Positions 1 through 9,487 of a stretch of DNA of 64,000 nucleotides are shown here, piece by piece. The notes beneath the pieces are model-generated. The model was given only the letters and a program-made list of their open reading frames with translations. It did not search any database and was not told the DNA's origin. This DNA is from Cyanophora paradoxa CCMP329 (Eukaryota; Plantae; Glaucophyta), in the NCBI GenBank assembly GCA_004431415.1, contig QPMI01000201.1, forward strand, positions 1 to 64,000, read 5' to 3'. A program made the position numbers and the translations under genes. Position 1 is the first letter of the stretch, and each line of letters starts with the position of its first letter.

Positions 1-164
1 CGCTGCGGGCGACAGTTGCGCACACTCGCTTGTTGGCAGTGAGGTCGCCCTAGATCGGCGCTGTACGGCGCTATGGGCGCTAGGGGCGCCAAGGCGTTAA
101 TGGCGCTAGAGCGCTCCTGGAGTCCTGCTGGAGGTTGGTGCTGCGACACGGGTACGTCATTGTA

Positions 165-2415
165 ATGGCGGTTCGCCGGCTAGCGCAGCTGGCGCTGCGC
201 CGCGACGCGCACAGGCTAGCGCGCGCTGCAGCAAAGCCGCATCCAGTACCAGCAAAGCCGCGACCCCCGCCGGTCGTGCTGGCCCATCCCGAGCTGGATC
301 GGGTTGCCGGCGTCCTGAGCGGCTTCCTTCCAGCGATTCCCGTCAGGTCGGACTACGTTGAGATCCTCAGGGAGCCGAAGGACTTCCTCTCCTGCCTCCA
401 GGTCCGGACGGGGAACGCGCGGCCGCGCGCGACGGTCTCGAGCGGAGCGCAGGCCGGGATCGAGCGTGCGCGGCGACGTATCGTGCTCGCAACGCTTTAC
501 CTGGGCAATGGAGAGCTGGAGCGAGACCTGGTGAGCCTGCGCCCGCCGCGCGGGGCGGGCTCGAGCACCCTCGGGCGCGCGCGCGAACAGCAGCGCAGGT
601 CCGACGACTCACGGAGGCGTGCAACCGGAACCCGGCGCTGCGCGTGACGATCCTTATGGACTGCCTGCGGGCAACGCGCACGTCGAGTCGGGATGCGCAT
701 GATTCGAGCGTGCACGTCCTGAGCCCCCTCATCGACGCGCACCCGAGCCGAGTGCACGTGCGCCGCGCCGCGCCGCCCGCCCCCAGCCAGGCGCTGGGGC
801 GAGGTATGATGCGCGGGGCGCTGTGGCAGGTGGCGCTGTTCCACACGCCGCAGCTGCGGGGCCTGCTGAAGCGGGTGCTCCCGCAGCGCCTCAACGAGAC
901 GGTCGGCGTGCAGCACATCAAGGCCTACGCCTTCGACGACGACATCGTCCTCAGCGGGCACGCCCCGCCGGCCGCCGCCGCTTCCGCCGGCTGACGCGGG
1001 GCGGGGCAGGGCGAACTTGAGCGGGCAGTACTTCACGCAGCGGCAGGACCGGAACGTGCTGCTGCGGGAGGCGCCGGCGCTGGCGGACTTCTACCACGAG
1101 CTCGTCGACACCGTCGCTGGCCTCTCCTTCGCCGCCACGCCGGCCGCCGCCGCCGCCGCCGCGCCCCTGCGCATGGCCGACGCGGCGGCGCCCGACCCGA
1201 GCGACGCCGCGCAGCGCGCGCTTCAAGGACCTCCTCCGCCTCCGCCTCTCCGACCTCTTCAGCCCCGCGCCACCCCCACGCCACACCCACCTCCGCGACA
1301 CCTGTCCGCACCCCCCCCCCCCGCACTCCGCCACTCTCCCACGCCTCTCCTCGCTGACGGCGTGCAGAGTCTTTCCGACGGTGCAGCTGGGCCCATGCGA
1401 CCTGCGACTCGACCAGCGCGCCACGTGCGAGCTCCTGCTCCGCGCCGCCTCCCTTGTGCGCGGCCGCCGCCCTCGCCCTCGGCTCCCGCGCCAAACCCCA
1501 CGGGACGCCTTCTCCGGCAGGGCGGCTCGGAGGCGCTGCTCTCTTCGGGATACTTCAACTTCACGCGCGAGTACGCGGACGCAATCCTTCAGGCGCCCCC
1601 GCCCGCCCGCCCCACCGCCTGACGCCGCACTGAGGCCGCCGGCAGGGCGCGGCCGCCCCCCGGGCACCGCCTCGCTCCGCATCGTCACCGCCTCGCCCCG
1701 TGTGCGGCCGAACCCGTCAACCCCACGACCCCCCCCCCCCCCCCCCTCACCCCCCTCCCCCCCCCCCCTCCCCCCCCTGCTGATCGCCGGCCGGTGGCAG
1801 GCGAACGGCTTCTACGGGGCACGGGGCATGTCCGGGCTCATCCCCCCCGCCTACACGTACCTCGAGCGCCAGTTCTACGAGCGCATCAAAGCCGTGCGTC
1901 CAGCCCTGCGCCGCCGTCGCGCCCCAGCGGAGATGCGGCAGATGGGCCTGCGGGAGCGCGTCTCCATCCTGGAGTACTCGCGGGCGGGCTGGACCTACCA
2001 CGCCAAGGGGCTCTGGTGGAGCCCCGCCGCCCCGGGCGGGCGCCCCGGTCCCTGCGGGGCCACCATGGTCGGGAGCCCCAACTTTGGTGCCCGCGGGGCG
2101 GCGTGGGCGAGCCGAGGCGAGGGCTGCGAGGTGACGGGGTCGGGGGCGGGCGGCGGGGGACAGGGAGCCGGTCGGTGGAGCGGGACCTGGAGAGCCAGGT
2201 GGTGCTTTTGACGCGCGGGGAAGCCCTTCAGGAGGCCCTCGCGCAGGCCCGCCCCCGCCCCGCCCCGCCCCCTCGCCCCTTGACCTTCTCCGCAGGAGCG
2301 GGAGGGGCTCCTGGAGCACTGCGAGGCGGTGACAGGGGAGACCTTTCGGCGCCCCGAGCGGCGCCTCAGCCTCGTCAACCGCGTCGCCACCCGCGTCGCC
2401 CGCGGCTTCCTCTGA
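165..2415 (+). CDS. PGS1: CDP-diacylglycerol--glycerol-3-phosphate 3-phosphatidyltransferase (PLD-family PGP synthase), multi-exon
   Basis: Spliced exons give RRRIVLATLYLG, NETVGVQHIKAYAFDDDIVLSGANLSGQYF, ANGFYGARG and WTYHAKGLW...TMVGSPNFG.RS.ERDLESQ, the two HKD-like motifs of eukaryotic Pgs1. Arg-rich N-terminus resembles a mitochondrial presequence. Stop TGA at 2413-2415. Confidence 0.9.
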
Positions 2416-3025
2416 GCCCCGCGCCCCCGCCAGCCTTCCTCCGCCCCTCCCAATCACCTCCAGCCCTACAACTTGGCAATCGCCGACTCGGCAGCCACTG
2501 CAGCTGGCCCGCCAGATGCCGGCCGCGGACCGGACGCCCCGCTGCATGACTTGCAATTGAATTGCAAGCAGGCAGCCTGGCACTGGTCGTCTCAGCTAGA
2601 GCCAGCCCAGGTTCAGCGTTAGCTCAATCGAGCTTGCCAGGCAATCGCCCACTGGGCGCCGTGACGACTACTGTGGAACACAGCTTCTGACCCACACGGA
2701 GCCGTTGCAGCCCGGCCCCACCGCGCCCTGCTCTTCCGGCGGCGTGTCGAGTGGGATCTGCTCCCGACGTCGACCATGCGTCGACACGACTTTCAAAAAA
2801 AAAATCACATATTGACATAATACACACAGTTTGAATCTGACCATGACGGTCTGTTATGTCATTGCGAAGGGAAAGCTACCTAAGCGGGAGGGAAGACGGC
2901 AGGGTCGCGTGATGCATGCGGCCTGCATGCCTAGTATCGTACACGGGCGCCGGGCCTCCACCCTGGCTCGCGGGGCGGACAAAATCGGTATCCGAGGGGA
3001 TGGGGCGTCACAGGGGCCGGCGTGG

Positions 3026-5163
3026 CTAGTTCCTCCGGGGCACCATCTGGCCGGTCGTCCAGTCACGCACGTATTCGACGTTCTGCGAAGACTCTGCGTG
3101 CGGCCTCTCACGGTCAGCACGCGCGCGTGCGCCGGGCGGGGCACTCGCGGGCTTGGGGGCGCACGGCCGTTGCCGCTGTACGAGTAGGGGGCCGGGGTCG
3201 GGGCCGGCGAGGGGGCCGGCGAGTAGTAGTCCGGGGGCGGGGAGTAGGCGCCGCCGGGGCCGCGGTACTCGGGCTGCACGGGCTCGCCGAACTGGGTGAG
3301 GGGGCGGCCGCCGGCGGGGACGGCGGTCTTCTTCTTGCCGGAGGAGGAGCGGGGCTTGGAGACGCGGGCGGCGGTCTTCTTCTTGACGACGCGGACGGGC
3401 TCGTCCTCGACGACGTCGGCGGCGGCGGCCTTGAGGGCCATCGAGGCCGCCTCGAACGCCTGCGCCGCCGCCTCGAGCGCCTTGGACATGCCCTCCCCCG
3501 GCAGCGTCTCGTTCGCCGCGTCCGCCCGCGTCACGCGGTACGGCGTGAAGTCCACCTCCACCTCGTGCCGCACGCCGTGCACGATCGCGTACATCTTCGA
3601 CCTGCGCCCGCCCCGTGCGTCGGCCCCGGCGCTGCCCGGCGCCCGGGACCAGAACGATCAGGGGGCGAGCGCACGGCCAGATGTAGTTGGTGCCATCGGG
3701 CCCGTGGATCTGGATGCCGGTGACGACGGCGTAGTGGCAGCGCCGGTTGTAGACGACCTCGGGGACCACGCGGTCGAGCGTCTCCTCCGCCAGCCGCAGC
3801 GCAGTGTCCGTCACCTCCACCAGGGTCGGGTGGTACTGCGCGCGGCGTCGGCCACATGGGGCGGCGGGGCAGCGGCGCAAAGGGCGCACGCCGGGGGGCA
3901 TGATGTCGAAGAACTGCTGCATGAGGTTGGACATCTCGAGGTCGCCCTCGTCCAGCTCCGGGCGGGTGCGCAGCTTGCCGGCCGCGAACGCCTCCTCGAG
4001 GCCGATCAGCGCTCCGCACGCGTGCGACTTCTCGCGCCGCCCGACACGCGCCACCGAGCCCACGCGCCCGCGGTAGTCGATGGCGATGTGAGGGAACGAC
4101 ATGAACACGTAACGCTCGAAGCCGTCCATCTGCCGGGCGCCCGCGGGTCGGCACTACGAGATGCACGCGCTTCCTGGGCGGCCGCGCACCATGGGGGCGT
4201 GCGACACGGCGGCTTTCACGGCGGTGCGACCCGAGCTCATGATGCCGGCGAGCGACGTGAGCACGAACTTGCCGTCGTACTCGTCACGGCACCACAGATC
4301 CTCAGTCTCGATGGCGAGCGGCCGGCAGATTTCGTCACGGCACATGGTCTGTAACGTTCATTAGCGGGATCCAGCAGCGTTCCAAGGCGCCGGCGCCCCG
4401 ACGCCTGTGTAGCTGCCTTGGCGCACCACGCAGGGCAGAGTGTTCTGCGCGGGGCTACTCATCAGCGCGAGTTTGAACGGAACACGATAATGCTGCGCAC
4501 GATCTTCGAGAAGCCGAGCTTCAAGAGCGCCTGTGCGCGCGACAGCGTCAGCGAAGAGACAGCCATAGTGGGCGAATTTGCCGCCGCCACGGGACACCTT
4601 CTGGGTCTGGCGGAGGAAGTCCTTCGACGGAACGGCCTCCGGATACAGCTCGTTGATGACCTGCGTGAACGCCGGGTGCGGGTCCTACACCGACCCAAAC
4701 CGGTAAGAACCGACGCGGGCCCGCGAGCGCACGTTTGAGGCTTCCGCCGCGCGCAGCAGAGCGTGCGAACCTCGGGATCATAATCGCGCGTGATATCAGC
4801 GGGCGTGTGGAAGTCCCGGGAGCGGGAGATCTTGCCGCGCTGCTCGACTGCGCGACGTTCATAATTGGTTAGTTCGACGAACGGTCCCGCGGTAAGCGCC
4901 TGAACCAGCGCGATCTAAAGCCGCGAAAGCTGTTCGAAGCAAGCACCGCTGATGGCCTCGACGGTAAAGGTGCGCGGCTCGGCGCCTGGAGTCGACGCGA
5001 ACCGGGCGGCGGTCTGAATCTGGGCGCCGAACACGCTCTTGCGGCCGATCCGGGCGCTCGCCGGGCAGACAGCCGGGCTGCTGGATGCACGCTGAGAGGT
5101 CGCGCGCAAGTCGGACGGGCCGGCGCGCGCCACCGCGGGGGCGGCTGTGATGAAAGCCTCCAT
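3026..5163 (-). CDS. LCIB: LCIB/LCIC-family (theta-type carbonic anhydrase-like) protein with plastid transit peptide, multi-exon
   Basis: Exon 1 MEAFITAAPAVARA...RTFTVEAIS splices in frame (GTGCTT...CTAAC...GCAG) to VEQRGK...YDPE/DPHPAF. Downstream: NTLPCVTMCRDEIC, FPHIAIDYRGRVGSVARVGR, SHACGALI, YAVVTGIQIHG, YIWP. The Cys/His/Cys metal ligands are present. Confidence 0.85.
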
Positions 5164-5175
5164 GAGCGCTGGAGA

Positions 5176-5482
5176 CGAGAGCCTAGAAAGAGAGGCTGCT
5201 GGGACCAACGCCTGCTGCCACTCGCCTGAGTACTGGTGCGCGCGTCGAAGGGGGGAGGGTGCAGTCCAAGTCGAATTTGCCAATTATGCGTGCCAGGTGA
5301 GCCCTCTACCCCCGAGGCTTCGGGCGGGTACGTGTGCGAGCGATGCAGAGAGTCCCGCACACGCGACGCGGCGAGGGGCGGAAGCTCGCGCACGACCGAG
5401 CGAGAGTGGCCGGACGAGGGGCCCGGCCCGCCCGGCCCGCGGTTATTTCGGGCGCCGAGTTCACACGACTGGATTGAAGTCA
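5176..5482. repeat. Copy 1 of a ~300-bp direct repeat (LCIB-like 5' UTR/promoter region)
   Basis: Colinear with 7464-7868. Shared blocks include CGAGAGCC, AGAGGCTG, CTGCTGCC, CAGTCCAAGTCGAA, CCAATTATGCGTGCCA, GAGCGAGAGTGGCCGGACGAGGG and GCGGTTATTTCGGGCGCCGAGTTCACA. Confidence 0.85.
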
Positions 5483-5593
5483 TATGAGGGAAGTCAAGCG
5501 CAGGCGGCAACTTCCACCAAAGCCAGCTATCCTAAGCAGCAGAACAACATCAGAACCAACCACCGCCCGCTTACACTTCACCAGCCTAACAAG

Positions 5594-7287
5594 ATGGCAA
5601 CGACAACAACAGGCCGTAGCATAGCGCAGCGTACGACAACTCGCCGCAACGCGATGTCGTCCCAGAACTCGTCTTCTTCCTCGCGGACTCGAGGGCAACA
5701 ACAGTCGCGTCATCGCGGTGCCGGCATGCGCAGCTCCAGAACCACCGGCGCTGCCGGCAAGGCCGCAGCTGTCGTCTGCGGCGGGGAAAACTCCGCGTCT
5801 GGTGATCGGGGCGGAGACGCCCCCATCAGCGGCGGCCCAGCTCGCCACGGCCTATCCTGCAGCGGTAGTGAAGACCAGGACGGTGAGAGGGCCGGCATTC
5901 TCGGTTTCGGATGCGGTCGTATCTACGACTTCAACCCGCGCGCAGCACTCGAGCTCGTGCGTACCTTGTTTCTCTCCACATCGCTGCTCCCCGCATTTCT
6001 GAAGGCCGCGGCAGCGCGCGGGGGCGCCTGTCGCCTGAGCCCCGGAAGGGGCGGAGGGCGGGGGCGACGTCGATCGTGCTCTCGTCGGACGCGGCGATCC
6101 GGTCGAACGCTCGCTCCGAGTCCATGCTGCGGGCCGTCCTTGAGAACGGCGGCCCTGCAGGTCCGCCGCCCGGCCCGGACCGGCTGCCCGCACACAACTT
6201 GCCTCTGACTGAGCGCGCGATGCAGGGGCAGGGGCGAAGAGGGGTCTCTTCTACACGAACTGCTTCGAGCCGCTCCGGGCTGTACCGGTGCTCTCCACCT
6301 CGGCGCGCCGCGTGCTGACGACTGAAAACGCCGGCGGCTCCTCCGTGCGCCCCGCGCCGCGCGGCTCCCGGGGGAAAACAAGGCGGCTTGTGTCCTCGCT
6401 GACGACCTCGCCGGGGCAGGAGTTTTCGGAGGCGCTCTCCTTCGAGGTCCTGCACCGCGCCTACAACGCCAAGCTCGTCGCCACCGAGATGGAGATCGCC
6501 TACTACCCCCTCGGTGCCCCGCCCCCGGCCCCCCGTGCTGCCGCGCCGCGCCCTCGGGCCCGCGCTCACGACGTTCCGGTGCACGTGCACAGGCTCGAAG
6601 CGGACGGACTACGTCGTGGAGATCCTGGGCAGCACGCTCGGCGTCTCCGTCTCTCGCGCCATGGCCCACCGCGGCGTCGTGCGCCCCGCCGCTCGCCCCC
6701 TTGTCGTCGCCGGCGGGGCCGACGGGGGCCGGCGGGGCGTGCAGTTCACGCCGAGCGACGCGCGGGCGCTCCTCTGGAAGAAGCTCTCCGGCGTCCAAGC
6801 CTCCACCGCCAACGGTCCGCCCCGCCCCTCCCCGCCCCCCCTGCGCCACCCCTTGCGCTCGCCTCGAAGGAGGGGGCGCCAGTGCTGCCTCGGGGCCTCT
6901 TCACGCGGCAGCTACTGCACATTTGGGCCCCCACGCTGCGCGTCGCCCGCATCGTACGTCCCCGCCGCGGCGCGCCTCAAGACCGGCAGTGACGGCGGCG
7001 GCCGGCGGGGCGCAGCTGCGGCGCGTGTACTGCAAGGACTCCGCCCTGAACGCCGTCCGCGGCTCCACTGTCGTCCTTGTCACCGTCAGCGGTTCGCGCC
7101 CGCCCCCGCGCGCCCCCGTCTGCCCTTTGCGTTCGAGCCGCCATTCGCAGGTGCCTCGGCCTCCGCCGCGGCCGCCGCTGCGACCAAGGCCGACGTGGCC
7201 GCCTGGCGGGCAGCGCACTCCCAGCCCTCGCCCAAAGATCTCATCTTCTACCAGCACGCCAAAATCGGCCAGTGCTCCGTCATGTGA
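5594..7287 (+). CDS. AAC4-like protein (Dictyostelium AAC-rich mRNA clone AAC4 family), multi-exon
   Basis: Spliced core RVLTTENAGGSS/EFSEALSFEVLHRAYNAKLVATEMEIAYYPLG/SKRTDYVVEILGSTLGVSVSRAM...LLWKKLSGV...QLLHIWAP matches the NAGGSS..SE.LSFE.L / TDY / GVSV.RA pattern I recall for this family. Start is uncertain because the N-terminus is low complexity. Confidence 0.65.
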
Positions 7288-7463
7288 TTCCGCTAACGTT
7301 CGGTTGCGAATCCCTGCGGCCGCTTCTTTAGCTAAGAGCCCCTCGGAGCTGAATCGTACACGTTGCAATTGCACTCTGATATTGATGTGAACCGTTGTCC
7401 TTTTTATGCGTTTTGGCTTCAGCACGCTGACATGTACAGCAGCCCGCCAGGCTCGCAGATCAT

Positions 7464-7868
7464 CGAGAGCCCAGAGTACTGGTGAGATCTAGAGGCTGTA
7501 CATGCATGTACATGTTGGGAACGTCGGACCAACTTGGCAACGTCTGCTGCCGCTCGCCCGACTCGGCGAGATATATAGTATACGTACTAGTATACGTACG
7601 CGTACGCGCGTACTGGTACCGGCGCGCGTCGAGGGGCCCGGGGGGGAGGACCGGGTGCATGCGCAGTCCAAGTCGAACCAATTATGCGTGCCACGGTGAG
7701 CCCCCTACCCCCGAGGCTTCGCCTAGTCGAGCGGGTACGTGTGCGAGCGACGGAGAGAGTCCCGCACAACGCTCGCAAAAGGCCGAGCGAGAGTGGCCGG
7801 ACGAGGGACCTGGCACGCTCAGCCGGCGGTTATTTCGGGCGCCGAGTTCACATGGCCGGATTCAAGTC
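7464..7868. repeat. Copy 2 of the direct repeat, expanded by palindromic insertions
   Basis: Same blocks as 5176-5482, interrupted by inserts such as AGATCTAGA, TGTACATGCATGTACA, GTATACGTACTAGTATACGTACGCGTACG, GGTACC, GGGCCCGGG and GCATGCGCA. Confidence 0.85.
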
Positions 7869-7977
7869 ACATTGGCTCAAAAGAGGGGGCGGGGCGAGCA
7901 GCGAGGGTGCAGTGATGGACGAGACGGGGGCGCGGGGCGGGGCGAGCGGGCGCGGCGGCCTGCGGCGGGGCGTGGGC

Positions 7978-8600
7978 CTAGGCGAGGTCGGCGGGCTGCT
8001 CCTCGTCGAAGGCGGCGAGGACGTCGAGCAGGTCCGCCGAGGCCGCCGCCCACGCCTCGTCCAGCCCCGCGCACACCTCGAAGCCCTGCGCCCCGCCCGC
8101 CCCCTCAACCCCCACCACCCCGCCCCCCCCGCTTCGCGGCGCCGTGGCGGACCGTGGGGAGCTCGACAGAGCGCAGCCAGTCGACGCCTGCGCGAGCTCT
8201 TGTGAGAGGGATGGGGCGGGGCGGGCGGGCCTGGCGGGGGCGGAGGGCGGGCGCGCCGGAGCCGTTATCGTCGCTGTCGTCGTCGTCGGCAGAGTACTTG
8301 GGCCTCCAGACGCGCGGCGGCTTCTCCTGCGGCTTGGGCTTTCCCACGTCGCTCAGCGGCTTCCCCCTGGAGCCACCCCGCTCCCACGGGTTGCTCTCCC
8401 CCGAGTGCAGCGTCTCCACCGCCCACAACAAGCTGCGACGATTCGTGAGCCGCGAGTCGATTCAGCGAGCACTCTGTCTCGCGGCAGGGAAGATGGCACT
8501 GACTCCGACATCGAAATGCTGCGCGGCAAAGGGCATCAGAAGCGCGGCAGCAGAGTTCTTCGCAGCTCGCTCACTATTGTTCCACCTCGCTCGCGCTCAT
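7978..8600 (-). CDS. Small hypothetical protein, ~5 exons
   Basis: GT-AG splicing gives MSASEVEQY/ISMSD/LLWAVETLHSGESNPW...DDDDSDD.../GFEVCAGLDEAWAAASADLLDVLAAFDEEQPADLA*. Includes a 15-nt exon at 8504-8518. No family recognised. Confidence 0.55.
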
Positions 8601-9487
8601 GCCATCAGGAACAGCGATGCGTATGCTCGAGGACTCGAACGTTACGTCGAGACCAGCTTCCGCTAAGGCCCTTGCCGCCCACAAGACGTCGCCGGACACT
8701 CTTTCCAGCTGGTATCCTTTTTCCCTGCACGGCCGGCCGTTAGCGGCAAGCATTAAGCGTGCGGCTCGTTATATATCGTTGCCAAGATGCGTTGAGCGTG
8801 CGGCCATCGCACCATGAGGGAGTGATTGAAAGTGCAGGCCCGGAGGTTGACGCAACCGGCTCCTCTTCCGGCGGCGAGCTACTACTAGCGCTACTCTCCG
8901 GATCTACCAGCGCAATGAGCCCCAAGTGGCCGTGAAGCACAACGAAAGCATACCTCGCGGAGTTGGTCGCCCTCGCTCCGTGGCCAGTTCCAACGATGTG
9001 AGCAATGTCGAGTCGCCGAGCGTTACAGACGTGGCGCTCCCGCTGAAGATGAACTGCCCGCAAAGTCAGCAAAGTCAGCCGCAGAGAAGATGGCAGGATC
9101 AGCCGCAGTAGGCTACCGCAATGTTTTCCTCCATCCGAGAGAGCGATCGAATGAACGCTATAACCGCCTGCGCAGCTGCAGAAGGCCAACGCCGCCGTTT
9201 ACGCCGGCACAAGGTGGGTACAGCGCAACTCGGTGTTGTCTGGCTTTGGAGCACCGGCCGGCAGCTCGGCGCGCTGAGCAGCGTATAAGCTTAAGTATAA
9301 GCAGCTGTAGCTCAAGTACTTCCTGGGCTTCAGGCTGGCGGTCCGGTCGGCAAGGCAGAGGCGCGGGCGTGCGGCCGCTAGCTAGGCAGGCGCCTTTCAA
9401 CCCCGATAGAGACATAAGGCCGCAATAGAGTCATCAGGCCGCTACCTGGTGCGTCCCGGCGCCGGAGCGGCCAGCGGATCGCGGGAC

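Noticed and set aside
4915-5163. Apparent orphan transit-peptide ORF
   Set aside because: Splices in frame into the LCIB-like gene as exon 1.
8800-9480. Possible extra gene or upstream channel exons
   Set aside because: Short ORFs with stops and no recognisable motif; no consistent spliced model could be built.
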